From an uncultured archaeon (GTDB lineage: Archaea; Thermoproteota; EX4484-205; JAAOZP01), in the NCBI GenBank assembly GCA_938045545.1, contig CALIBN010000029.1, forward strand, positions 8,077 through 72,076: a stretch of 64,000 bases of DNA, given 5' to 3'. The translations under genes and the position numbers were made by a program. Positions 38,825 through 47,965 of this stretch are shown here, in pieces. Each line of letters begins with the position of its first letter. Positions within the stretch are counted from its first letter, which is position 1. The notes below the pieces were generated by a model, which saw only the letters and a list, made by a program, of their open reading frames with translations, was not told the DNA's origin and searched no databases.

Positions 38825-40030
38825 GGCTGTGTCAAGCCAGTCCCTGCCATACGCGTGTAGCGAATGGCCCGCTTCATTATGTTCATCGCTCTGTTATAGT
38901 CTGCGTTGCATGAGTAGTTGGCTTGGGCATTCGAAGAGGCTCCCTTTACGAATCCCCCTGCTTCCACATCTATGGCACAGCTTTGAAGTGTTCCTCTCAT
39001 TCACTTTTATTACTTTGATTCCAAGCCGCCTCGCCTTGTACTCTATGAGCTTGCTGAGCTTGTAGTATGGAAATCCGTTTAGCTTCCTGTTGAATCTATT
39101 GTCCTTATCGCTCTCCCTGATCCCCTTCAAGTCTCCAAGCGCGATCATCGCATCGGTCTCCAATGCTTCGTTCACTTTCTCCCTGCTTATCTTATGCAAG
39201 ATGTTGTTTATATCCTCGCTCCCTATCTCCGATCTTCTTTATTACCTCCATACGCTTTCTTCATTGCAAGACTCCTCCTCAAGTAGAAGAAGTGTCCCTT
39301 GACCCTCCTCAGCTCTCTGCCGTAGAACTTCGGGATCGGGTTGCTGGAGTTGACCGTTGTAGCGATCCACCTTATTCTCATGTCGATAGCTAAGATGTTC
39401 CTCGAAGTCCTCTCCCTGTCTCCTTTCTCAACGCGATGTGAATGAGCCACTCGTTATCCTTACGGATCACCTTGGCCTGCTTAGTCTACACAGGGCATCT
39501 TGAGCAGATAGGGGCTTTGCCCTGTGTAGACCCTGTAAGTATCGTTCCTCAAGAGCAGCGGGTATTCCCTCTTCTTTAGCCTCCTTGGAGGCTTTCGGCA
39601 GTTTGTTTGGTAGCGGAGTATAGCTGAACGTTTTTCTCGCCCCGCAGGTATCGTTGGAAATCCTTGTATTCACGCTCGAGAAGCTCTCTTTCTTTTTCGC
39701 TCAGCTTCAGGGCCTTCGCCTTTATCGTCTTCCTAGCTATAATATTATTCCGGAGAAGACATCCTGACATCACCTCCCAGAAGCTTGGAGCGATAGCCCT
39801 GGCTAGCGCTAGCTAGAATCCTCAGAATCCACTCATGGCCCATGCCCGATTAAAGGCGGGCTTCAGCCACTACAAAGCAGATTAAGACGCTTGCTCTAAA
39901 ACTCCCTGTTTCACGCTCCTCCGTAGCTCCCAATTATGTTAACAAATGGGCAGCATATAGACATTCCGGTGGCACTCGGATGACACATGGATGGAATACG
40001 GATGGTACACAGTCGCCTTTATATGGGGAA
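38760..40030 (-). mobile_element. Degenerate IS200/IS605 (IS1341-like) element carrying a tnpB pseudogene
   Basis: Right-end hairpin plus TCAA (TTGA at 38760 on plus strand), tnpB fragments, left region shared with the other copies. Left boundary uncertain; a weak left-end-like remnant lies at ~40185-40230. Confidence 0.85.
38823..39773 (-). pseudogene. tnpB: TnpB RNA-guided endonuclease pseudogene (frameshifted)
   Basis: Fragments RKTIKAKAL..EREY.DFQRYL..LYSATKQ; ILAID (RuvC I); IALGDLKGIR; FPYYKL..IEYKA; NTSKLCHRCG..FECP; NADYN, spread over several frames. Confidence 0.88.
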
Positions 40031-40238
40031 AAAGGATCTTAAGAGCTTCCGCTTAGCGCGCACTCTACACAGTTTAGGAGGGAGGAAGAGGATGAATCCG
40101 GCTGAGGCTAAAGAATAGGGGTTAACCCTCCCATTCCTATCGTTCATGATTCCGCCTTCTTCAATCTTAAAAATGTCATCTCTAGATTATCATACGTCAT
40201 TGGAAGCCCGGCTTTGTCTCTCATGACAAAAAACGTGT

Positions 40239-40454
40239 CTAAGCAGGCTTAACCCTTAGGATATCCCTAAGCCTCTTAACATTCTCCTCGTGTCTAGACT
40301 TCCTCCTGAGGTCTACTGCTAATCCAAGCCTTCTAGCTTGATCAACAGTTAAGCCGGCCTCTTTTAATTCCCCTAGGGAAAACCCTCGTGCCTGCCTCCA
40401 GTATAGGACAATTCCCTTTCTCCTCTTAGCCAAAGGAATTGTTTTGCCATTCAT
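40239..40454 (-). CDS. rpl13e: 50S ribosomal protein L13e
   Basis: RGFSLGELKEAGL...ARRLGLAVDLRRKS.HEENV. Confidence 0.9.
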   Translation of the reverse strand: MNGKTIPLAKRRKGIVLYWRQARGFSLGELKEAGLTVDQARRLGLAVDLRRKSRHEENVKRLRDILRVKPA

Positions 40455-40628
40455 CTCTCATCCCCGATGGTTTCACACTCCTTTAAAGGTTTAACTGCTC
40501 AGTTTCAGTTGGCAGTGGTCCAGACCATGCTCCCCGCTATACAGTCACATAGTTGGGTCTCTCCATAGTTAAAGAATGAGGATTGACTAAGCTGCGCGCG
40601 CTATTAATGGATAAGCCGAGGCAAATAG

Positions 40629-41657
40629 CTACTCCAGATTAAAATACAGTTCTCTAGGCTGAAGCTCCTTATACTCGCCCGTCTGCTGGGCTATGTGTCT
40701 CCTTATGTCTATGCAGAGGTGGCATTTGGAAATATATCCTTCTTCTTTCTCCTTGTAGTCGAATTCTCTAGAGGCAAACTCGTAAAGATTCCCAATGCTT
40801 TCAACAAGCATGCGTAGCACGGGCTTATCCTGCAAGTCTATCCCTTGGGTTAAAGCGTTTAGGTCTCTAGCGTCTCCTAGAGATATTCCGCCACAGTACC
40901 CAGGCACATAGTTGAAATAGTTGTCCACATGGATGTGCCAGCTCCTAGTTAGCTCTGATATGCATTGTTCGCCGAAGAAAGCTTTAGCAGGGTATTTTAC
41001 GAATAAGTGGTTAAGCCTGTAGCAGGCCCTCCCCATCGGAAGGAGCTCAGAGTGGTGCAGTGCCCACTTGTCTTTCTCCAAATACTGGTCGAGCGTAAGA
41101 GTATCCCTTATGCGGAGGCTCTTGAACCGGCGGTAGTACGTCTCTTGGTATATCGTCATGTTCGCTCCAAATATCTTCCCACCTATCTTAACTGCCCTTT
41201 CAACCCGTTCGAAGGGAACCTGTTCAAGTATGAAAGGATTGACGCTGACAAGTATCCCTTTTAACCCGGCCTGTTTCAGCGCCATAAGCTTCTCCTCAAC
41301 CTGTTCATCGTTAATACACCAGAAGCAATTGGTTTCGACGAATGTTGAGGGAATCCTAAGCTCTTCCGCAGTTTCAACAGCGTTCCGAAGAAGCTTAAAA
41401 TTCAGGAAAGGTTCTCCCCCTGTAAAATGAAGCCCGTGGTTCAGACTTATGTTTTCAGGACCGTAGGGGCTGGGCTTAATGCTTGAAGCCAACTGTCCTA
41501 TGATTAGCTTGATGCTTCCTTCCGTGGGCCAGTCAGCCCTCCATTTCGGGGAGCAAGCATACATGCAGTGTTTACAAGTGCTGCTACACTTATAGGAGAG
41601 AATTATGCCTGCGGAAACAGGTTTAGGTAATTGAAGCCTATCCATCGGGTTTTTCAC
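40629..41657 (-). CDS. Radical SAM protein of unknown function
   Basis: CSSTCKHC (CxxxCxxC), FTGGEP, ETNCFW, C-terminal CHLC. Confidence 0.85.
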   Translation of the reverse strand: MKNPMDRLQLPKPVSAGIILSYKCSSTCKHCMYACSPKWRADWPTEGSIKLIIGQLASSIKPSPYGPENISLNHGLHFTGGEPFLNFKLLRNAVETAEELRIPSTFVETNCFWCINDEQVEEKLMALKQAGLKGILVSVNPFILEQVPFERVERAVKIGGKIFGANMTIYQETYYRRFKSLRIRDTLTLDQYLEKDKWALHHSELLPMGRACYRLNHLFVKYPAKAFFGEQCISELTRSWHIHVDNYFNYVPGYCGGISLGDARDLNALTQGIDLQDKPVLRMLVESIGNLYEFASREFDYKEKEEGYISKCHLCIDIRRHIAQQTGEYKELQPRELYFNLE

Positions 41658-41765
41658 ACTGATTAGTTTAAAGTGTTTGGATAAGCTTTTCCATTGTCGG
41701 GGGACCCATGGCGGTAGGATAGGCTTATTAAAGGTTTAGAGAAACGTAATTCTAGGCGGGTTGAG

Positions 41766-42476
41766 ATGGTGAAACCGGGGCGTCTGATCTCCGATAAGGA
41801 TAGGGAGCTTTTAAAACGTCTGGCGGAGGTGCGGACTGCAGACGTCATAGATGCGTTAGACAGATATAATGTTTACGATTCTACAATAATGTCGGAGGAG
41901 ATAAGGCCTCTTTTCAGCGATATAAAGATGGTTGGCGTTGCGCTAACAATACGTTTGGTCAAGGCGAGGGAGCCGATACCGAACATGTCGCCCGAGGAGT
42001 ATGATAACTACGCCTCCGAATGGTACAGGAGTAAAAACAATGCTGAGCTCTTCCTACGGTTAGCGGAGCCAGGGCATGTTCTAGTTGCCGACGCCGGCGG
42101 CTACATTAGGGTTGGCTTCTGGGGCTCGTACATTGCTTTAATCGCCAGGGACAGGGGTATAGTTGGGCTAGTGATAGATGGCGGCTGCAGGGATGTGGCT
42201 GAAATAAGGAGGGAAAGGTTCCCAGTTTTCTGCAGGGGAGTGGGGCGCACCGAAACCGTGGGGAGGCTTATTCTTAGGCCTGAGGACGTTAACATACCTG
42301 TAACCGTCGGCGACGTGCCTGTGGAACCAGGGGACTTTGTGATGGGTGACGATGACGGGGTGGTCGTCATACCGAGGGAGCTGGCTGACGCTGTTTCAGA
42401 GAGGGCGCTCCGACAGTTCCAAGAGGATCGTGCTAACCAGAAGCCTTATTTGGAGAGGTTTGGCATACGGCTTTAG
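41766..42476 (+). CDS. RraA/HMG aldolase family protein
   Basis: TADVIDALD, G.ALT, WGS, IDGGCRD, V.PGD.VMGDDDGVVVIP. Confidence 0.88.
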   Translation: MVKPGRLISDKDRELLKRLAEVRTADVIDALDRYNVYDSTIMSEEIRPLFSDIKMVGVALTIRLVKAREPIPNMSPEEYDNYASEWYRSKNNAELFLRLAEPGHVLVADAGGYIRVGFWGSYIALIARDRGIVGLVIDGGCRDVAEIRRERFPVFCRGVGRTETVGRLILRPEDVNIPVTVGDVPVEPGDFVMGDDDGVVVIPRELADAVSERALRQFQEDRANQKPYLERFGIRL

Positions 42477-42488
42477 GAGGGTTGAAAA

Positions 42489-42917
42489 ATGGATTCTTGG
42501 GAGGCGGGATTAGGAAGAATTATTGTTCTGAGGGGTGACCGTGGCGAGGATCTTTTAGAAACCATTGAAACCGCCGCCCGGGCCAACCGTGTTGCAAACA
42601 GCGTCATAATCTCGGCAATAGGTACTCTTGAAAACTGTCGGATGCATAGGGTTACTTCAAGAGGGCTTCCGCCGGAGGAGGAGTACGTTGACATAGATGG
42701 TCCTTTAGAAATAAACTCGGTCAGCGGCATTATTGCGAACGGGAGGCTTCATGCGCATATTTCTGTTTCCAATGGTAAGGGTACTTACGGGGGGCACTTA
42801 GAGCCGGGAAGCCGAATACTTTATCTTGCAGAGATAGTGGTGGCAGAGATCACTGGGGTCTCGTTCAACCGGGTTAGAGACGTGACGACAGGTCTGAGTC
42901 TTCTAAGGGCTGTTTGA
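42489..42917 (+). CDS. PPC-domain (DUF296) protein
   Basis: GEDLLETI, SAIGTL, LEINSVSG, HAHIS, GGHL. Confidence 0.88.
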   Translation: MDSWEAGLGRIIVLRGDRGEDLLETIETAARANRVANSVIISAIGTLENCRMHRVTSRGLPPEEEYVDIDGPLEINSVSGIIANGRLHAHISVSNGKGTYGGHLEPGSRILYLAEIVVAEITGVSFNRVRDVTTGLSLLRAV

Positions 42918-42977
42918 GTTAAAGGTTTACTTCTGTTTGTCTGTAAAATTCTTAAAGGACTTTGGCTGATCAGTCTC

Positions 42978-43301
42978 ATGGGCGAGTATATTCAGGTCTT
43001 AACAACGACCGGGAAAAGGGAGGATGCTGTGAGGATTGCGAAAATACTCTTGGAAAGGAAGCTGGCAGGGTGTGTTCAAATAATCGGTCCAGTTTCAAGC
43101 TCATACTGGTGGAAGGGGAAAGTTGAAGAAGCAGAGGAATGGCTGTGTATAATCAAGAGTAAGATGGATTTGTACAATGAACTTGAGGAAACTATTAAAG
43201 AGAATCACCCGTATGAGATTCCGGAGATCATCGCAATTCCAATAGTTTCTGGAAATAGGAGCTACTTAGAGTGGATGAACACGGAGCTTAGAAGGCAATA
43301 G
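42978..43301 (+). CDS. cutA: Divalent-cation tolerance protein CutA
   Basis: LAGCVQI, S.YWWKG, HPYEIPEII. Confidence 0.93.
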   Translation: MGEYIQVLTTTGKREDAVRIAKILLERKLAGCVQIIGPVSSSYWWKGKVEEAEEWLCIIKSKMDLYNELEETIKENHPYEIPEIIAIPIVSGNRSYLEWMNTELRRQ

Positions 43302-43385
43302 TTTGTTCGCTTTTAGCGCGCGTGCTCGTTCAGAATAGTCATCTAGCCAACCTAAGCTATTGCCATTTATCCAGCAACGCATAGA

Positions 43386-44261
43386 TTAATGGCTTAATTC
43401 TTCATCGAGCTTTTCAATCATCTTCAGTATTTCAGTGTCAAGAGGCTTATGCTTTTTCCTTCGATATCTCCCAGCTACGTAAGGACCTGTTGAAGCAAAG
43501 GCCTTCTCGGCAAAATCGTCCCCCTCGCCCTCTGAGAAACGCCTCCACGAGTCCGGAAAATGAACGTAGGATTTCGGGTCTGTCCAGCTTATTTCGAATT
43601 CATCCAGTTTTTCAGGCGGGAAACATACGGCTACACGGTCTAGAGTTCTATGTAAGGATAAGGGGGAAGTGAAAACCCTCTGAATATCTATTCTGCTTTC
43701 AACGATAAGCCCATTCAGAGTCTCAAGCCTGTTGGTGATGAAGCTAGTTGCTGAGTACGCTATGTCGATCGGCTCTATTGTTCTTCTAATTTCGGTGCTG
43801 AAGCAGAAGGGATTGATTTGGACGTGAGCACCCCTGCCACTCCATTTGACAAATACAGATTTAGCAACTCCAAACTTGTCTAGCAGGCTTACTATTTCCT
43901 GAGCCTTCCTGATTACTTTCTTCCAGTCTCCATCTCTAGAGTCTATATCCCACACGGGAGAAGAGTAGAGGATGTTACTTCTGTCTAAAAGATCCTCTCT
44001 GACCCTAAGCCTAGAGTAAGTGTGAACCGTAGCGTAAAATGCTCTCGGCCTATACTTCTTATAACGATTGATCAATTCGATAACTTCCGATTCCGAACTT
44101 ATAGTTAGCGGTTTATTTTTATCATACCTGATCATTAAACGTGTACCATTCTCTCCGATTTCCTCGCAGTGAATGGCAACCCACTTGTTCTTACAATAAT
44201 CAGCTATTTCCCTCTTGACCTCCGGCTTTCCATAATGCTCTAATGGAAGCCAAGGATTCAT
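43386..44261 (-). CDS. Archaeo-eukaryotic primase (AEP) superfamily protein, not canonical PriS
   Basis: WDID (motif I), KWSGRGAH (motif II), ID..RVFTSPLSLH (motif III); overlaps the stop of the KaiC-like gene. Confidence 0.65.
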   Translation of the reverse strand: MNPWLPLEHYGKPEVKREIADYCKNKWVAIHCEEIGENGTRLMIRYDKNKPLTISSESEVIELINRYKKYRPRAFYATVHTYSRLRVREDLLDRSNILYSSPVWDIDSRDGDWKKVIRKAQEIVSLLDKFGVAKSVFVKWSGRGAHVQINPFCFSTEIRRTIEPIDIAYSATSFITNRLETLNGLIVESRIDIQRVFTSPLSLHRTLDRVAVCFPPEKLDEFEISWTDPKSYVHFPDSWRRFSEGEGDDFAEKAFASTGPYVAGRYRRKKHKPLDTEILKMIEKLDEELSH

Positions 44262-45052
44262 AATTCCCTCTCCATCTCCTTTTTAGCGTCGATTATTTTC
44301 TTCATTACTTCAAACGGTAGCTTATAGTCCTCAACTCTCCTCTCAACCCTGCCCAGAACCACCAGGCCTAAGCCGGGCTTAACGTCAATCTCATGAAGAT
44401 ACCTGCTGTGATCAGTCTGCCTCATCTTCTCGATTACGATGAACCTTTTCAACTCTCCACCTCTTAAAAGCCTCCTAAACCTTATTATTCCGTCAGCTAT
44501 GTGTTCAACACCGAAGCCAAAGCTTTCAGCAGTGGTTATAGCATACTGGCTTACGGCAAGTATCGTGAAGTTCCATTTAGAGAGAACCTTCTTAACATAA
44601 TAGCTGTACCTTCTAGCCATTGCAGGCTTGTCCAGCCAGAATGCTGAGAGACTGTCAATGACGATCCTAGCCCGACCGTATCCAAGCTCCTTCTTAGCCT
44701 CTATTATCTTGGATACGAGCGCCTCCATGTCTAGGCTCTGCAGGCTCCACTTGTCCGTCCTGCCCATTAAAGCGTCGATTATTATCAGTCTACCCTCTTC
44801 AATCCTCTTCTGGAAATCCATTTTAAACTGTGAGGCCTGTCTAACTATAGACTCCCTGCTCTCCTCAGTCGTGACGTAAATACACTTATCTCCCTCTTCA
44901 ACACCCTTGTTGATGAAATGTATCGAGAGTATTGTTTTTCCACATCCCGGTTCCCCGGTGACGGCGACGAAGAAGCCCTCCGGTATCCCGCCTTGAAGCA
45001 GAGAGTCCAGCCCCCCAACCCCGGTGCTGAGCCTCTTCACCTCCAGCGTCAT
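44258..45052 (-). CDS. Single-domain KaiC/RecA-superfamily ATPase
   Basis: RLSTGV.GLD.LL.GGIP, GEPGCGKT, TEES, IVIDSLS, EHIADGII, IEKMR. Confidence 0.9.
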   Translation of the reverse strand: MTLEVKRLSTGVGGLDSLLQGGIPEGFFVAVTGEPGCGKTILSIHFINKGVEEGDKCIYVTTEESRESIVRQASQFKMDFQKRIEEGRLIIIDALMGRTDKWSLQSLDMEALVSKIIEAKKELGYGRARIVIDSLSAFWLDKPAMARRYSYYVKKVLSKWNFTILAVSQYAITTAESFGFGVEHIADGIIRFRRLLRGGELKRFIVIEKMRQTDHSRYLHEIDVKPGLGLVVLGRVERRVEDYKLPFEVMKKIIDAKKEMEREL

Positions 45053-45123
45053 TATGTATTGTCTTGCGGAGGAGGCATATGAACTTATCACCCTGCTGTC
45101 GACTACTTGCTTTTAAATTATGG

Positions 45124-47841
45124 TTAACCGGTTTCAGATCGAGCTATCTCGTACCAGATGGTCTGGAAATCAGGCCCGATCGAAAAAACTTTATACTGCC
45201 CCTCGTGAGAAACCTGGACCTGCTTAACCCTGTTACCTATACTGTCTAAAACCCATACTTCCATCTTCCTGTCTGTTCTAATCCTTAGCGTTGCCCTAAC
45301 CCCCTCCACCAGTGTTGGAGCTGAACCCCAGTTTACGCCACAAGTTACGGGCTCCATGAGTGGTTTCAAGTCAGCCAAATCGTTCAGTCTCCACGTTAAC
45401 AATGCTACGTTTCCCTCATACGTGCGGAGCCTCATCCCAGTATTCGTAACGTAGCCGGCAGCTATGAGCAGAAGCCTGTTCCAAGACTCAAAGCTTTCTC
45501 CCTCCAGCACTGTGACAGTTATAATGCTCCAGCCTTCTAGAAGCGTTTCCCCCGAGTCTATGACTAGCGCCCCGAAGTCGAGGCTTCTACCACCGGAGAA
45601 CCCTATGGCCGCAATGCTTCTCGAAGTGTTAACCGTTATGATTCCCCTCCCAGCATAAGAAGTGTCCCAAGCGACTTCCCCCGTGTCGGAGCGGTGAACA
45701 GGCCCAGAAACATTCAAATCGACCCCGGGTAATTTTTCACCGTCGAGCTTGATGGCTGTTCTATGTGTTAGAGAGGCCAACGGGTTTAAGCCCATGTGGC
45801 CAGCATCCGGCAGCGCCCAAGCGTAGACTCTACCGCTCGCTATCAGGTTTACCTCATCCTGCCTGTCCAATCTCATGCAAACAAGCCGGTCGGCCGGCTT
45901 AACGTCTCCTCTCAAGAATATCATGTGCGCAGCTATCAGGGTCGCCATTTTAACAGGGTGCTGGTCAATGTCGAAAAACCCCCTTATCCTCCTGGAGTCC
46001 CAGTTGCCCCGGCTCCCATAGTCGAACAGAAATATTCCATCCCAGTCTTGCAGTGCAGCGTACGCGGCTAGCGTTACGACTGTTTCAGAATCATACATGT
46101 TCGGAGCAGGATGATTGTATTCGGTAACGAAGTGAGGCTTGTTCCCAACCCTTTTAACAGCTAAGCCTACTATGGTGCTTCTCTCCGGATTGTTAACCAT
46201 CGGCTCGTTAACCACGTACCAATTGCTAGGGTCCCAAGGGGTCCTTGGGAAAGAGGGGTGGTTCCAGTAGGCATGCGTGTCTACGACGTCGAGCTTAGAC
46301 ATTATGTTCGGCGTGCTGCACCCGACTATGGTGCCTATCACGAGGGCTCTCACGCCTAGCTCATCTCTAATGAATCTCCTCATCTCCGTGAAAAACCCTT
46401 CCTCCATGCTGTACAGGAATTCGACCCAGTCTCTTCTGGCTACGCTCGTCCTCAAGCCGTATTCGGCGAGCGCCAGTATCCTAACGGTTGCTTTTTCAAC
46501 GCTCTCATCCCCCATCGCGCCGTATCCGCTGAAAAGCCTCATGGAGAAGCAGGAGAACATGTAGGCTGCTATGTTCCTCCCAAGCCCCGAGACATCTAGC
46601 CTAGCATTGTCCTCTGATTCCGACGCAACCAGGGCAACCTCGTACTCCCTCCACTCTGTAGTCAGCGGTACTCCAACCCTTTGCGAAACCAGTCTCCAGG
46701 GCTCGTGCGCCTGAACAAGGCCTATGCTTACACTGGCCGTTTTATCAGCCCTAGCCTTAAACCTTACAAGATAGTTTTCACCCTCCCTTATTCTTAAACC
46801 CGGCTGGTTGAACTGCACATGCCAGCTTTCAGACCCGAGCCTCGTAACCCTGATTTCCAGGTTCCTTCCCCCACCCTCTTCAACCACTCTCGCCGATGCT
46901 TGCGCACCGTTGTGAACCTCAACCACCCAGCCCTCCAAACCTTGTTCGAAGCAACCGTTCCTAAGAACTTCAGCCTGAGCCCAGGGGCTTGTCTCGCCGC
47001 CCCATGCTTTTCTAAACTCCTCGTCAGACACATACTTAGAACCCAAATAGGCGTTCCATTTCTCCCGAAGCCTGTTTCTAAAGACTTGTGGAAGCCTGTC
47101 AACCACGCCGCCGAGCCAAGAATGAATAAGCCCCTGCTCGTTCACTATTTCAACGAAGGCGACCGCAGGGTCCTCAGCGTAAGTCATTCCAGTATAGGGG
47201 TTCAAATGGGTTAAGAGCTGCCTAGCATACTCTTTCTCAAGCTCTTTAACCTCATCTGTGAAAAACCCGAGTACCTGCTGGTCCTTCCAGTCCACCGTCT
47301 CAACTTCTCTAGGTAGACCATCCGCGTAAGTAAACCTTCTTGATACGAGCAGGTTTAGGTCAACGTATATACCGTTCTCCTTAAGCTTTGAAATAAAGTA
47401 GTCGAGCCTGTCGAGCGCATCCTTGTTAAGGCGGCGCGTACCCCCCGTGGTCTTGTCGAAAATGTTGAAAGCCTCCCAGCTCGCATCCATGTGGTGGAAA
47501 CGCGCCACGTTGACCCCGAATTTAGCTAGCCTGCTAGCTATCTTCTCAGCCTCATCCTTCTCTGGGAAGCATGCTCCTCCGCAAATGTTGACCCCTAGAA
47601 ACTTTACTCTTTCCCCGTTAACATAAAGATGACCGTCCTCTCCAACATACACGTGTCCAAGACTGCCCGCCGGCTTGTGGAGCCTACTGCTCATGCTTAT
47701 CGCAGTCTGCTCACTGTCGTCCCAGGGGAGATAGAAGGGGAACACTCGTTTCTCAAGCGTTACGGGTTTAAACAGGTTTTGGAGTAAGGCTAGGGACATT
47801 ATCGAGCCTACTGCCATCAGGATTAAAACTGCTTTCTTCAT
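45124..47841 (-). CDS. Secreted/anchored clan GH-A glycoside hydrolase (GH148-like) with inserted CBM4/9
   Basis: N-terminal TM; ARFHHMD, NPYTG..YAEDPAVAFVEIVNE (acid/base); CBM4-like NGCFE..WHVQFNQ..Y.VRFKARA; HAYW.HP; VTEYNHP (nucleophile). Confidence 0.75.
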   Translation of the reverse strand: MKKAVLILMAVGSIMSLALLQNLFKPVTLEKRVFPFYLPWDDSEQTAISMSSRLHKPAGSLGHVYVGEDGHLYVNGERVKFLGVNICGGACFPEKDEAEKIASRLAKFGVNVARFHHMDASWEAFNIFDKTTGGTRRLNKDALDRLDYFISKLKENGIYVDLNLLVSRRFTYADGLPREVETVDWKDQQVLGFFTDEVKELEKEYARQLLTHLNPYTGMTYAEDPAVAFVEIVNEQGLIHSWLGGVVDRLPQVFRNRLREKWNAYLGSKYVSDEEFRKAWGGETSPWAQAEVLRNGCFEQGLEGWVVEVHNGAQASARVVEEGGGRNLEIRVTRLGSESWHVQFNQPGLRIREGENYLVRFKARADKTASVSIGLVQAHEPWRLVSQRVGVPLTTEWREYEVALVASESEDNARLDVSGLGRNIAAYMFSCFSMRLFSGYGAMGDESVEKATVRILALAEYGLRTSVARRDWVEFLYSMEEGFFTEMRRFIRDELGVRALVIGTIVGCSTPNIMSKLDVVDTHAYWNHPSFPRTPWDPSNWYVVNEPMVNNPERSTIVGLAVKRVGNKPHFVTEYNHPAPNMYDSETVVTLAAYAALQDWDGIFLFDYGSRGNWDSRRIRGFFDIDQHPVKMATLIAAHMIFLRGDVKPADRLVCMRLDRQDEVNLIASGRVYAWALPDAGHMGLNPLASLTHRTAIKLDGEKLPGVDLNVSGPVHRSDTGEVAWDTSYAGRGIITVNTSRSIAAIGFSGGRSLDFGALVIDSGETLLEGWSIITVTVLEGESFESWNRLLLIAAGYVTNTGMRLRTYEGNVALLTWRLNDLADLKPLMEPVTCGVNWGSAPTLVEGVRATLRIRTDRKMEVWVLDSIGNRVKQVQVSHEGQYKVFSIGPDFQTIWYEIARSETG

Positions 47842-47965
47842 CCTTTTAGACGGACTTATAAAGGATAATAAATCTTCTTAAGGCTGGAGCATGCCAAATG
47901 TCTAGGTCAAAGGGTTTCAAAAATAGGTGTGGGGAAAGATTTAGCCGACTTTTAAGATTCTGTTT

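Noticed and set aside
38823-39773. Cas12f/Cas14 effector
   Set aside because: No CRISPR array or cas genes, and IS605-type ends are present, so a TnpB pseudogene is the simpler call
40030-40235. tnpA remnant next to the tnpB element
   Set aside because: No HUH or catalytic Tyr motif recoverable; only short ORFs and a weak left-end-like sequence
40500-40620. Possible C/D box sRNA upstream of rpl13e
   Set aside because: No convincing C (RTGATGA) and D (CTGA) box pair with suitable spacing
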